Positions 42,940 to 53,145 of a DNA stretch of 64,000 bases are shown piece by piece (positions within the stretch are counted from its first letter, which is position 1; each line of letters opens with the position of its first letter). The notes under the pieces were generated by a model. It was not told the DNA's origin. It saw nothing but the letters and a program-made list of their open reading frames with translations, and made no database searches. The position numbers and the translations under genes are program-made. Origin of the DNA: Neglectibacter timonensis (GTDB lineage: Bacteria > Bacillota > Clostridia > Oscillospirales > Acutalibacteraceae); assembly GCF_900048895.1 (NCBI RefSeq), contig NZ_LT160640.1, positions 1,068,758 through 1,132,757 of the forward strand, given 5' to 3'.

Positions 42940-44217
42940 TTAACTTTCTTCTGCTTCCGGCTCCCCAGAACCGGCGAACTCCCGGATCCTGGCGCCGAGA
43001 GAACTGAGATTCCCGGCAATGTCCTCATAGCCCCTGTGAATGTACCTGGTCCCGCTGATCTCCGTCCTGCCCTGGGCGGCAAGGGCAGCCACCACCAGCG
43101 CCGCCCCGCCCCGCAGATCATAGGAGGTGACCGGGGCGCCGAAAAGCTGTTCCACGCCTTCTACAATCGCCACCTTGCCCTCCACCTTGATCCTGGCGCC
43201 GAGCCGTTCCAACTCCTCCGCATGCTTATAGCGGTTCTCGAATATGTTTTCCACAAAAATACTGGTTCCGCTCCCCACTGCCGCCATGCTCATCACAATG
43301 GGTTGGGCATCCGTGGGAAAGCCAGGATAGGGCATGGTACGGATATGTCTCACCGCGCCCAGATGCCGGGGCGCCATGATGTTTAGCGCACCACCCAGCT
43401 GACGCACTTCACACCCGGATTCCTCAAACGGAGAAAGCATGGGCAGAATATGCGTGTTGTCCACATCCTTCAGGGTGATATTCCCGCCGGTCACCGCAGC
43501 AGCCGCCATATAGGTCACGGTGACGATGCGGTCCGGCATGATGCGGTGCTCGCTTCCAAACAGTTCCTTCACACCGTCGATGATAATGCAACTTTCCCCC
43601 GCGCCGTAGATACGGCCCCCGCACCGGTTCAGATAAGCGGCTAAATCGCTGATCTCCGGTTCCCGGGCCGCATTGGCAATGATGGTGGTACCATGGGAAC
43701 ACACGGCCGCGAGCATCAGGTTTTCCGTGGCCCCCACACTGGGAAAGGAAAGGGAAACATAGTTTCCTACAATGCCGTGAGGGGCGCGGCAGTGCAGGCA
43801 GCCTCCTGTCTCCTCGATCTCTACCCCCAGCTTTTTTAGGGAGGAGATGTGCAGGTCGATGGGCCTGGGGCCCAGTTCACAGCCTCCTGGAAAATAAAGG
43901 TTTGCCTCGCCGCATCGGGATACCAGTGCTCCCAGGAACACAATGGAGGAACGCATTCCCCGCATCAGGTCGTTGGGGATTTCGCAGCAGGTCATGGCGT
44001 TGTCCACAATGAGGTCTGAGCCCTCTCTTCTGCAGCGGCATCCCAGATGTTCCAGAATGCGCACCGCCGTTTCCACGTCTGAAAGTCTGGGGCAATTGTG
44101 CAGCACGGTCTGTCCCTTACAGATGACCGCGGCAGCCAGCAGCGGCAGCGTGCTGTTTTTCGCCCCCTGGATGGTGATCTCCCCGCCAAGCTCGGCGGGC
44201 CCGTCAACAATGATCAT
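42940..44217 (-). CDS. murA: UDP-N-acetylglucosamine 1-carboxyvinyltransferase MurA
   Basis: The product begins MIIVDGPAELGGEITIQGAKNSTLPLLAAAVI and contains the active-site Cys region CPRLSDVETAVRILEHLG. It is 425 aa long. Confidence 0.92.
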   Translation of the reverse strand: MIIVDGPAELGGEITIQGAKNSTLPLLAAAVICKGQTVLHNCPRLSDVETAVRILEHLGCRCRREGSDLIVDNAMTCCEIPNDLMRGMRSSIVFLGALVSRCGEANLYFPGGCELGPRPIDLHISSLKKLGVEIEETGGCLHCRAPHGIVGNYVSLSFPSVGATENLMLAAVCSHGTTIIANAAREPEISDLAAYLNRCGGRIYGAGESCIIIDGVKELFGSEHRIMPDRIVTVTYMAAAAVTGGNITLKDVDNTHILPMLSPFEESGCEVRQLGGALNIMAPRHLGAVRHIRTMPYPGFPTDAQPIVMSMAAVGSGTSIFVENIFENRYKHAEELERLGARIKVEGKVAIVEGVEQLFGAPVTSYDLRGGAALVVAALAAQGRTEISGTRYIHRGYEDIAGNLSSLGARIREFAGSGEPEAEES

Positions 44218-44271
44218 AAGAACACCTCATATCGTAAGCATATTGCATTATATGAGGCGGTTCAAAAAGGG

Positions 44272-45399
44272 TTAATTCTGCTTGACCGCAGCCCGAATCA
44301 CCCGGTAGATACGCTCGTTTGCGTCCAGAATCTCCATTTTTCCCGCGTTCTCTCCCAGGGAACGGAGCCGCTGCGGATCGCTTACAATCTTTGTCACCTT
44401 TTTCCAGAGAGACTCCCCGGACAGGTCCTTCTCTTCGATTATTTCCGCAGCTCCCCGGCGCACCAGCGCCATAGCGTTATGGAACTGATGGTTCTCCGCC
44501 ACGTTGGGCGAAGGGATGAGGATGGATGCCTTCGATTTGGCCTCGATCTCGGAGAGGGTCATGGCGCCCGCCCGGCCGATTACCAGATCCGCTGCAGAAA
44601 GACACTGGGGCATGTTGTCGATGTACTCCAGCAGCCTGATCTGCGGATTCTCCTCCTGCCGGAAACCGAGCTCCTGCAGCTCCTCCAAAAATTTCTCGTC
44701 GTGCTGGCCATAGCCGTGAATATGTTGAAACCTTTTTTCCTTCCCGCTTTCCGCCAGCATATAGGCTGCCGCACGGTTGAGCGCAGACGCGCCCAGGCTG
44801 CCGCCAAAGGAGAGGATCAGAGGCCGCTCGTCCAATCCCAGCGCTTTGCGGGAGGCCTCCCGTTCCGCGGCCAGCACCTCGCCCCGCACGGGGTTTCCGG
44901 TAACTGTGCAGTTGACGGAATCGTCAAAGTACTTTCTGGCGTCCGGCACAGCCAGCATCACCGTCCTGACAGACTTTGCCAGCATCTTCGTCGTGACGCC
45001 CGGATAGGCGTTGGACTCGTGGATCACGCAGGGGATTCCCAGCTTGGCGGCCTCCCGGATCACCGGGCCGCTCACATACCCGCCTGTGCCCACGCACACG
45101 TCCGGGGCAAATTCCCGCAGGATTTTCTTCGCCTCGGCACTGGCGGTAAACATGCGCACAACAGTCTGGGCATTGCGCGCCAGGTTTTTCGGCGTGAGCT
45201 TCCGCTGGAAGCCGGAGATGGTGACGGTGCGTATCTCATAGCCCGCGTTCGCCACCAGCCTTTCCTCCATCCCGCCCTTATTTCCCACATAGAGAATCTG
45301 AGCGTCGGGCTCCCTCTGCTTCAGATAACCTGCCGCCGCCAGCGCAGGGTTGATATGCCCCGCTGTACCGCCGCCGGTAAACAGCACCTTGATTCCCAT
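44272..45399 (-). CDS. murG: UDP-N-acetylglucosamine--N-acetylmuramyl-(pentapeptide) pyrophosphoryl-undecaprenol N-acetylglucosamine transferase MurG
   Basis: The product begins MGIKVLFTGGGTAGHINPALAAAGYL (G-loop), followed by the GT28 C-terminal domain. Confidence 0.92.
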   Translation of the reverse strand: MGIKVLFTGGGTAGHINPALAAAGYLKQREPDAQILYVGNKGGMEERLVANAGYEIRTVTISGFQRKLTPKNLARNAQTVVRMFTASAEAKKILREFAPDVCVGTGGYVSGPVIREAAKLGIPCVIHESNAYPGVTTKMLAKSVRTVMLAVPDARKYFDDSVNCTVTGNPVRGEVLAAEREASRKALGLDERPLILSFGGSLGASALNRAAAYMLAESGKEKRFQHIHGYGQHDEKFLEELQELGFRQEENPQIRLLEYIDNMPQCLSAADLVIGRAGAMTLSEIEAKSKASILIPSPNVAENHQFHNAMALVRRGAAEIIEEKDLSGESLWKKVTKIVSDPQRLRSLGENAGKMEILDANERIYRVIRAAVKQN

Positions 45400-45506
45400 G
45401 ATGATCGTTTCCTTCCTTTCACAATTCCATAGTAGACAGGACCGGCCAAAGCCCTGAAACAGTGACGCCTGAGGTTCAAAGCCGTCGATATCCGCACTCC
45501 GGCGGT

Positions 45507-46778
45507 TCAGGTCTTCTCCACATTCGAGCTGCGGGAAACATTCAGCAGCACGCCCATCTCCGCCAGAAGCATCACCAGCGCCGTACCCCCATAGCTGAAG
45601 AAAGGCAGGCTGATGCCTGTGTTTGGTATGGTATTCGTCACCACACAGATGTTGAGCACCGCCTGAATGCCAACCTGGAAGGTGATGCCCAGCCCCAGCA
45701 TCATGCCGAACTTATCCTTGGCGTGGATGGAGACGTAGACGCCGCGCCAGATCAGCAGGCTGAACAGGATAATGATGATCAGCGCGCCCACCAAACCCAG
45801 CTCTTCGCAGACAATGGCAAAGATAAAATCGTTCTGGGGTTCGGGGAGATAGAGGTATTTCTGCCGGGACTGGCCAAGCCCCACGCCCAGCAGCCCGCCG
45901 GAGCCAATGGCGTAGAGGGACTGCTTCGTCTGCCAGGTATCCACATCCCCGGGCGGGTTGAAGGGATCCAGCCAGCCGTAAATACGGTCCATAGCATAAT
46001 CAAATTTTCCGGAGAACATGACAACAGCCGCCACGCCCACCACGGCGATTCCGCCGAAAATAAAGAACCATTTAGGAGAGGAGCCGCCCACGAACATCAG
46101 GATGACGCCGATCATACACACGATGATGGTTGCGGACACATGGGGTTCCGGCATGATCAGGACGGCAAACAGCCCCAGCACCGCCATAAACGGCACAAAG
46201 CCGGAACGGAAGCTTTTCATCTGTTCCACACGCTGGGAAATCATATGGGCAAACACCACAACCACGGCGAATTTTGCCACCTCTGTGGGCTGGAATTCCA
46301 CGCCCAGGTTGATCCACCGGTTTACCTCATTCTTTGTGGGAGCAATGGCGCTGCCGCGGAACACGATGACAATCAGCAGCATCAGAATTGCCAGGCCGCA
46401 GATGGGCCAGGCCAGCTTGTGGAAATGGTGGTAGTCAAAGGTGGAAACGATCAGCATCAAAACCACGCCCGCCACAGCAAAGCCCGCCTGGCGCATAATG
46501 AAATAATAGCTGCTGTCATAGTAATAATAACAGTACGCATAGCTGGCGGAAAACAGCATGACAAGACCGATGGCCAGCAGCACCAGGATAAACACAAACA
46601 GCGGCACGTCGATTCCGGCGCCAAGTGAAAAAAGCTTATACTTGGTCTGCCTGCGGCCTTTCCGCTGTTCTCCCGGCGATTCCTTCGGCCTCTTCGGCTG
46701 CGGCCTCTCATCCGCGGGAGGCTCATATTTTGGAACCCTGCGCAGGCCTCTGGAAGTTCTTCCTGCAGAAGACGTCAT
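45507..46778 (-). CDS. ftsW: FtsW/RodA/SpoVE-family peptidoglycan glycosyltransferase (SEDS protein)
   Basis: The product is a 10-TM SEDS protein (…NLGVEFQPTEVAKFAVVVVFAHMI…GLGQSRQKYLYLPEPQNDFIFAI…PFFSYGGTALV). It has a basic N-terminal extension of about 50 aa, and its start is uncertain. Confidence 0.88.
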   Translation of the reverse strand: MTSSAGRTSRGLRRVPKYEPPADERPQPKRPKESPGEQRKGRRQTKYKLFSLGAGIDVPLFVFILVLLAIGLVMLFSASYAYCYYYYDSSYYFIMRQAGFAVAGVVLMLIVSTFDYHHFHKLAWPICGLAILMLLIVIVFRGSAIAPTKNEVNRWINLGVEFQPTEVAKFAVVVVFAHMISQRVEQMKSFRSGFVPFMAVLGLFAVLIMPEPHVSATIIVCMIGVILMFVGGSSPKWFFIFGGIAVVGVAAVVMFSGKFDYAMDRIYGWLDPFNPPGDVDTWQTKQSLYAIGSGGLLGVGLGQSRQKYLYLPEPQNDFIFAIVCEELGLVGALIIIILFSLLIWRGVYVSIHAKDKFGMMLGLGITFQVGIQAVLNICVVTNTIPNTGISLPFFSYGGTALVMLLAEMGVLLNVSRSSNVEKT

Positions 46779-46859
46779 TCGATTTCCCCCTTTCCATACA
46801 GGCTGACACGCCTGTGCTATAGTTTGTGCCGGAGTTCTCTGTTTTAAGCATGGCTTTCC

Positions 46860-47861
46860 TCATATGCCGAAACATACTGCAAGAAGCGCCAAAGCGCCGC
46901 CTACCAGGGAAACCAAGCCGAATACGACGCAGATTTTCACTTCGCTCCAGCCGCACATCTCAAAATGATGGTGGATCGGCGACATTTTAAACAGCCGTTT
47001 TCCGTGGGTGGCCTTAAAATAGGCGACCTGCAGCACCACCGACAGGATTTCGCACCAGTACACGAGGCCCACCGGCAGCAGAAGGATGGGCAGATCGATA
47101 CCAAAGGCCAACGCCCCCACCATGCCGCCCAGGAACAGGGAGCCCGTATCCCCCATAAACACCTTGGCGGGGTGGAAATTCCAGATCAAAAATCCAATGC
47201 AGGCCGCCGCCGAAGCAATGCCCATAGCGGAAAGGCCCGTCATGGAGAGAACTCCGGCGCACAGGGCCAGACCCAAAAACGCAAAGAAGGATACCGTGGA
47301 ATTGAGGCCGTCGATGCCATCCGTGAAATTCACCGCGTTGACAAGGCCCACAATGACCACCGCTGCCAGGATGTAGTAGAAGTAGCCCAGGTCAATTCGT
47401 CCCACAAAGGGGATAAGGGTTGTGGTACCGCCGCCTGCCATGCCCACAGAAACCAGATAGGCCGCCGCCACCGCAAACTGCAGCACCAGCTTCTGCTTTT
47501 CCGTCAGGCCCAGGTTCCGCTTCTTCACAATGCTGATGTAGTCATCCATAAAGCCGATGGCGCCGAACGCAACGGCCATTCCCAGCCCGGCGAACAGCTT
47601 AACCTGCATTAAAAAAGTTTCGGAGACGCCTGTGGAATGGAACACGGGAATACAGGCGAATACTGCCGCCACGATGGCGATGATGAACATCAATCCGCCC
47701 ATGGTGGGCGTTCCCTGCTTGTTTTTATGCCAGCTGGGCCCCACCTCGCGGATTGTCTGCCCAAATTTCAGCTTGTGCAGAAAAGGAATCATCCATTTGC
47801 CGAGAATGGCGGTGATTGCAAAGGCGATGACCGCCGCTGTCAGGAATAAAATGCTGTTCAT
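46860..47861 (-). CDS. mraY: Phospho-N-acetylmuramoyl-pentapeptide transferase MraY
   Basis: The ATG at 47861 follows an AAAGAGGGG RBS 6 nt upstream. The product MNSILFLTAAVIAFAIT...KNKQGTPTMGGLMFI...NAVNFTDGIDGL carries MraY signatures. The ORF-track start at 47927 is an extension. Confidence 0.92.
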   Translation of the reverse strand: MNSILFLTAAVIAFAITAILGKWMIPFLHKLKFGQTIREVGPSWHKNKQGTPTMGGLMFIIAIVAAVFACIPVFHSTGVSETFLMQVKLFAGLGMAVAFGAIGFMDDYISIVKKRNLGLTEKQKLVLQFAVAAAYLVSVGMAGGGTTTLIPFVGRIDLGYFYYILAAVVIVGLVNAVNFTDGIDGLNSTVSFFAFLGLALCAGVLSMTGLSAMGIASAAACIGFLIWNFHPAKVFMGDTGSLFLGGMVGALAFGIDLPILLLPVGLVYWCEILSVVLQVAYFKATHGKRLFKMSPIHHHFEMCGWSEVKICVVFGLVSLVGGALALLAVCFGI

Positions 47862-48044
47862 CCAAAACCCCTCTTTATCCTCTTGCTTTTTACAGTTCTC
47901 TGGCCGTCCCTTACGCCGCCCGGACACCGGGCAGGCGCTGATTCACTTCGATGCGCAGCCCGCGGGACGATTTTCAAAGCAGTTCCAGAAAAACGGAGAA
48001 ACACTGCCGTATTCAGAACACCACACAAATAGTTTGCCGGCTGC

Positions 48045-50342
48045 CTAGCCCAATGGGACGAAGGTTTCCGTGTTAATATTCTCCACGAAGGTGATGGTGA
48101 TGACCGTGCCTTTTTTGACCATAGTTCCCGGTTCCACGCTCTGCATACTGGCCGAACCGCCCTCCGTAGCTCCAGCGCCGCTGACGCTGATCTGAACTCC
48201 CGCCAGGGACGCCGCGTAGTTTGCGTTGGAGAGATCCATACTGGTGAAATCCGGCACCTCCACCAGCGTATCCTCTTCGCTGTAGCCGTTGGTGTAAAGC
48301 ACCACCTTGCCGCCCTTGGGCACGTTTTCCCCCACCTGGGGAATCTGTTCCGTCACCAGAATGGAGCTGTCGGACTCATCCCCCACCACGGAATAGCTCA
48401 GGCCCAGCTCATCCAGCTGCCGGTAAGCCTCCTCCAGGGTCAGGCCCACTGCGGAAGGCGTCACCATATCCAGCGTCTCGTATTCCTCATCCGTATACTG
48501 CGCCTCAATTCCCAGATACGGCAGGGCTTCCTCCATGATGGCGGAAAAAATCGGGCCTGCCACTGCGTTGCCGCCGGTGAGGTTGCCGTTGTTGTCGCCG
48601 TCAGGTTCGTCGAAGAACACCAGCAGGGCGTACTGGGGTTTTTCCACAGGGGCAAAGCCGCAGTAGGAGGCAATGTACTTCATCTTCTTATCCGGGCTGG
48701 TGTCGGCGTTGAATTCCGCCACCTTTTCCGAGGTGCCTGTTTTGCCGCAGACCCGGTAGCCCATCACATAGCCGCCGCTGGCCGTGCCGAAGGTGGCGTT
48801 GTCATAGAGAATCCTGCTGATGGTTTTCGAGGTTTCTTCGGATACCACCTGCCTGCGGTAGCTGGTATCTGCCTTCCGGACGATATTCCCCTCAGAATCC
48901 ACCACCCGGTCCACCACATGGGGCGTCATCAGGTAGCCGCCGTTGGCCACCGCCGCGCAGGCGGTGATCATCTGCACCGGCGTGATGCTGAAGTTCTGCC
49001 CGAAAGATTCCGTGGCAAGCTCAGCCGGCCCCAGATCTTCCACCGAGTGGTACAGGCTCCAGGATTCGCCCGGCAGGTCGATGCCCGTCTGCTCCGTAAA
49101 GCCAAAGGCTTCGCGGTACTTGGCAAAGGTTTGCGCTCCCAACAGTTCCCCCACATGGATAAAGAAGGGGTTGCAGGAATTGCAGAGGCCGTCGTGAAAA
49201 TTCTCCAAGCCATGTCCCGCATGCTTCCAGCAGCTGATGCCTCCGGTAACGCCTTCCACAGGCATGCTGCCCGTACAGGTAAAGGTGCTCTCCTCGGTGA
49301 TTACACCTTCCTCCAAGCCCATGGCGCCCACGCACATCTTGAATACGGAGCCGGGGTAATAGGTATCGCTCACCGCCTTGTTCCGCCATTGTTTCTGCAG
49401 GGCGTTGTTGTAGGCCTCGTCCTGTTTATCCTCCGGCAGGGCATCTATCTCTTTGCGCACCTCTTCGTCATAGATGGTGAAAGGATCGTTGGGGTCGTAA
49501 TCCCCCTTGACCGCCAAACCCAGGATGCCGCCGGTATTGACGTTCATCATGATGGCTACCGCGCCGTTCTTGATCTGATACTGTTCGATGCCCTGCTCCA
49601 GGTATTTTTCCAGGATGCTCTGCACCGTCTCATCGATGGTCAGCACCAGGTCATAACCGTTTTCCGCACCGATGAGCTGTTCGTATTCAAAGGGCATGTC
49701 AGTGCCCAAAGCGTTTTTCGCTGAAATCATCCGGCCCGCCGTACCCCGCAGCTCGCTGTCGTACTGCAGTTCCAGGCCGCCCAGGCCCTGCCCGTCGCTG
49801 CCCGTAAAGCCCAGAATGGTGGAGGCCACTGTACCGTAGGGATAGTACCGCTTATAGTCGTCGATCAGGCGTACGCCGTTGTCGATATCATTTTCCTTCA
49901 GAAAAGCGGTGACCTCGTCCTTCACGTCAGATTCCACCCGGCGCTTGAGATAGGTAAAAAAGGAATTTTCACCGGTCTTTTCGTAGATGGTTTCCTCATC
50001 CATATCCAATATTCTGGAAAGCCCGGAGGACACTTTCCGCCGCAGCGCTTCGTTATCTTTGCCGTCGTCGTCCTTAAAATAGTTGGGTTCCAGCACCACG
50101 GTCCACACACTGGCGCTCTTTGCCAGCACCTTGGTGCCGGTGGCGTCGTAGATCGTGCCGCGCATGGCCGACAGCGTGGTGCTGTGCAGGCTCTGGTTGA
50201 GCGCCTTGGCGCTCAATTCCTCGCCCCGGACTATCTGCCAGCGGAACAAGCTGACAAGCACCGCGCCAAACCCCACAAAGACGATGAAAGCAGTGACTCC
50301 CATCGCCTTTTTCCACATTTTCTCCGTATTTCCTTTTGCCAT
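48045..50342 (-). CDS. Class B penicillin-binding protein (FtsI/SpoVD-type transpeptidase) with two C-terminal PASTA domains
   Basis: The protein has an N-terminal TM segment, a PBP dimerisation domain and a transpeptidase domain with the SVFK, SCN (CNSCNP) and KTGT motifs, followed by two PASTA repeats. It is 765 aa long. Confidence 0.9.
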   Translation of the reverse strand: MAKGNTEKMWKKAMGVTAFIVFVGFGAVLVSLFRWQIVRGEELSAKALNQSLHSTTLSAMRGTIYDATGTKVLAKSASVWTVVLEPNYFKDDDGKDNEALRRKVSSGLSRILDMDEETIYEKTGENSFFTYLKRRVESDVKDEVTAFLKENDIDNGVRLIDDYKRYYPYGTVASTILGFTGSDGQGLGGLELQYDSELRGTAGRMISAKNALGTDMPFEYEQLIGAENGYDLVLTIDETVQSILEKYLEQGIEQYQIKNGAVAIMMNVNTGGILGLAVKGDYDPNDPFTIYDEEVRKEIDALPEDKQDEAYNNALQKQWRNKAVSDTYYPGSVFKMCVGAMGLEEGVITEESTFTCTGSMPVEGVTGGISCWKHAGHGLENFHDGLCNSCNPFFIHVGELLGAQTFAKYREAFGFTEQTGIDLPGESWSLYHSVEDLGPAELATESFGQNFSITPVQMITACAAVANGGYLMTPHVVDRVVDSEGNIVRKADTSYRRQVVSEETSKTISRILYDNATFGTASGGYVMGYRVCGKTGTSEKVAEFNADTSPDKKMKYIASYCGFAPVEKPQYALLVFFDEPDGDNNGNLTGGNAVAGPIFSAIMEEALPYLGIEAQYTDEEYETLDMVTPSAVGLTLEEAYRQLDELGLSYSVVGDESDSSILVTEQIPQVGENVPKGGKVVLYTNGYSEEDTLVEVPDFTSMDLSNANYAASLAGVQISVSGAGATEGGSASMQSVEPGTMVKKGTVITITFVENINTETFVPLG

Positions 50343-50604
50343 AATCTTTCACCACCCAGAGTCAAATTTTATGAAGTTCCCCGATTAGCAAAATGAGAGT
50401 CAAGATTCCTCTTGGCTCTCCTCCCTTACGAATACCGCTGTTCCAGTTTATTCCTGCGGCATATCGAATATTCCATGGATTCCTCCGCGCCCATCACGGA
50501 GCGGAAAGCTGCGGCGCCCGAAGCGCCCTTCCCCTTAGAGCTTTATGATATCACAAATCGGAGCGCTGCGCAATCTCTGGACATGCAGCGCCCCGAATCT
50601 TTTC

Positions 50605-50814
50605 TCACCCGATCTCCTGTTCCCCGCGGACATATGCCTCGATCGCCATGTCCTCCGCCAGGCATTCTTCCGGCATGATACAGGAGGAATCCCCCGCAGA
50701 GACTGCAGGCTCTTTTCTGTTCCCCTCCGCCGAGACGGCGCATACCGTCACTGTTCCGGAAACCAGCAGCAGACAGGCCGCCAGGATGAGAACCGCTCTT
50801 TTTGCTCTTTTCAT
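50605..50814 (-). CDS. Small secreted hypothetical protein (69 aa from the ATG at 50814) inserted between ftsL and the PBP gene
   Basis: The product MKRAKRAVLILAACLLLVSGTVTVCAVSAEG has signal-peptide character. An AAGGTGG RBS lies 10 nt upstream. The gene fills the otherwise empty 680-bp ftsL-PBP gap. It could be a high-GC artefact. Confidence 0.4.
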   Translation of the reverse strand: MKRAKRAVLILAACLLLVSGTVTVCAVSAEGNRKEPAVSAGDSSCIMPEECLAEDMAIEAYVRGEQEIG

Positions 50815-51022
50815 AAGTAGTATGCCACCTTTCCAGTTCCTCCCTTTTCGGGAGGGTTTCACTTGCCTTTTTTGCCTCAGCGGCTGAGCTTAGCTTCTGC
50901 CAGACAGCTGTGAGCTTTCAACAGACGGAACCCAGACAATTTCTCAGAACCTTCACAACAGTCTTTTATTCTCAAAATTACCCCATTTTGAGCGGTCAGT
51001 ATCCTTCTGTCTCAAAAAAGCC

Positions 51023-51553
51023 TCAGGCAAACCAGGACTCGACGGCAGAGAGAATCTTATCGAACCAGGAGCCTCCGTCGGTATCCTGCAGCACAGTGCC
51101 CTTATCCTGCTGCACCACGTTTACATAGGAGACCTGCCCTTCCGATATTTTTGACATGCCCAGCTCTTTTTTGGCATATTCCTCCACCTGGGCGCCATTC
51201 ATCTTCTGCGAGGCCTGCATGCTCATCTGCACTTCCAGGCTTTGCTCCTCCTGCAGCTGCTGTGTGGCGATATTGATCTCCTCCGTCAGTTCCGTCAGCT
51301 GCACCTGGCTGTACACAATAGAAACCACCGTGGCGAAAATGACGGTAAAGCACAATGTGGCGGCGATCATGCGGAAGGGGTGCCGTTTCGGCTGACGGTT
51401 CTTGTCCAGTTCCTTCTGGGGCAGCTCAATGACATTTTCCCGCTTCTGCTCCTGCCTCTGTTCCCGGCTGCCCGGCTCTCCGATAGGGGCCGTACTCTGC
51501 CCTATACGGTCTTCAAACAGCGAGAAATCATATGCTTCCGACAAATTTGCCAA
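51023..51553 (-). CDS. ftsL: FtsL-like cell division protein (N-terminal cytoplasmic tail, single TM, extracytoplasmic coiled coil)
   Basis: The protein has a TM segment (MIAATLCFTVIFATVVSIVY) followed by the heptad-like QVQLTELTEEINIATQQLQEEQSLE. It sits between rsmH and the PBP gene, the canonical ftsL position. Confidence 0.65.
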   Translation of the reverse strand: MANLSEAYDFSLFEDRIGQSTAPIGEPGSREQRQEQKRENVIELPQKELDKNRQPKRHPFRMIAATLCFTVIFATVVSIVYSQVQLTELTEEINIATQQLQEEQSLEVQMSMQASQKMNGAQVEEYAKKELGMSKISEGQVSYVNVVQQDKGTVLQDTDGGSWFDKILSAVESWFA

Positions 51554-51693
51554 CCCGAATCACCCTTTCCTTTTTCCCGTCTCTGTGATAAACTTTCCTG
51601 TAATCCCGGATTTGTTGTCCTGTAGGGACGAGGCCCGGTATGCCGCTTTCCTGCGGCTTGCTTCCGCAGCGGCCCCGTCCCTACGGACCGGCA

Positions 51694-52635
51694 TCACAGA
51701 TTGGTTTCCAGCTTTTCAATGACCCGCAGACGCGAACTTCGCGCCCGGGGATTTTCCTCGACCTCCCGCTGGGAAGGAGCGAGGCCCTTTTTATAGATCA
51801 GCCTGCCCTGCGGCGTTCTGCCGCAGACACAGACCGGAAAGTCTTTGGGACAAATACATCCCTCGCACCACTTTGCCATCTGCTGCTTGACGATGCGGTC
51901 CTCCAGGGAGTGGAATGTGATCACTGCGAGCCTTCCCCCCGGTTTCAAAATGGAAAACCCGGCTTCCAGCCCCTCCTGCAGCCTGTCCAACTCGCCGTTC
52001 ACGGCGATCCTGAGGGCTTGGAACGTCTTTCGGGCCGGATGCCCCTGTTCTCTTCTCACTGCGGCCGGCACAGAGCTTTTGACGATCTCCGCCAGCTGAA
52101 AGGTGGTGGAGACTGGTTCCTTTTCCCTCGCCTCACAGATACCGCGGGCGATCCTGCCTGCGTTTCTGTCCTCTCCGTACCGGTAGATGATACCGGCCAG
52201 CTCCTGCTGAGACAGTGTGTTCACCAGATCCCCGGCGGTAGGGCCCTCCTTGGACATCCTCATGTCCAGGGGAGCTTCGCTGTGGTAGGAGAATCCCCGT
52301 TCCGGCGTATCCAGCTGGTAAGAGGAAACCCCGATATCCAGCAGGATTCCATCCACAGAGGTGATTCCCCATTCAGCGGCAAGCTTGTCCATCTCGCAGA
52401 AATTCCCACGGGCTATCAGGGAATTGGGGTAGCGGGAAAGCCGCCGGCCAGCCGCCTCAATGGCGTCCGGATCCTGATCGATGGAGAGCAGCTTCCCGGA
52501 AGTCAGCCTTTGAAGTATCGCTTCCGAATGCCCGCCTCCGCCCATCGTCCCGTCGATATAGACGCCCTCCGGCCTGATGGCCAGCGACTCTATGGTTTCC
52601 GTAAACAGCACGGGCTTGTGGTTAAATTCCATCAT
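51694..52635 (-). CDS. rsmH: 16S rRNA (cytosine1402-N4)-methyltransferase RsmH (MraW)
   Basis: The product has MMEFNHKPVLFTETIESLAIRPEGVYIDGTMGGGGHSEAIL and LLDIGVSSYQLD, which are RsmH signatures. Confidence 0.93.
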   Translation of the reverse strand: MMEFNHKPVLFTETIESLAIRPEGVYIDGTMGGGGHSEAILQRLTSGKLLSIDQDPDAIEAAGRRLSRYPNSLIARGNFCEMDKLAAEWGITSVDGILLDIGVSSYQLDTPERGFSYHSEAPLDMRMSKEGPTAGDLVNTLSQQELAGIIYRYGEDRNAGRIARGICEAREKEPVSTTFQLAEIVKSSVPAAVRREQGHPARKTFQALRIAVNGELDRLQEGLEAGFSILKPGGRLAVITFHSLEDRIVKQQMAKWCEGCICPKDFPVCVCGRTPQGRLIYKKGLAPSQREVEENPRARSSRLRVIEKLETNL

Positions 52636-52671
52636 AGGTTCTATTCCTTTCAGATTGTCAGCCTTTCAAAC

Positions 52672-53091
52672 TTAAAAATCCAAAAGGGCCATAGAGGCCT
52701 CAATCGCCTCGTCGGTCTGGCTTTGGTTGTATTCATTCCAGCGGGCAGTATCCCAAATTTCCGCCCGGACCGCGGCGCCGATCACGGTCACGTCCTTCTC
52801 CAGGCCCGCGTGATCCCGCAGATTCTGGGGAATCAGAACTCTTCCCTGCTTGTCCGGCTCCACTTCGGCGGCTCCGGAAAAGAAATAGCGCTGAATGGCC
52901 TTGCCCTGTGCCAGCGGAATGGCGGCCACCTTTTCCACCAGCCTGTCCCACTGCTCCTGAGAAAGTACAAAAAGGCAGCCGTCAAGACCCTTGCAGACGT
53001 AGAACTTGTCTCCCAAGTCGTCACGGAACTTTGAAGGGATCGTCACCCGGCCCTTCAGGTCCATATTATGTTGATATTCACCCGTCAACAT
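52672..53091 (-). CDS. mraZ: Transcriptional regulator MraZ
   Basis: The protein has two MraZ/SpoVT-AbrB repeats, each with a DxxxR motif (MDLKGRVTIPSKFRDDL and PDKQGRVLIPQNLRDHA). Confidence 0.92.
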   Translation of the reverse strand: MLTGEYQHNMDLKGRVTIPSKFRDDLGDKFYVCKGLDGCLFVLSQEQWDRLVEKVAAIPLAQGKAIQRYFFSGAAEVEPDKQGRVLIPQNLRDHAGLEKDVTVIGAAVRAEIWDTARWNEYNQSQTDEAIEASMALLDF

Positions 53092-53145
53092 AATTGCCTT
53101 TTCCTTTCCCAGAACGGGCGGCGGAGTTCAGAAGATGTGCTTTCT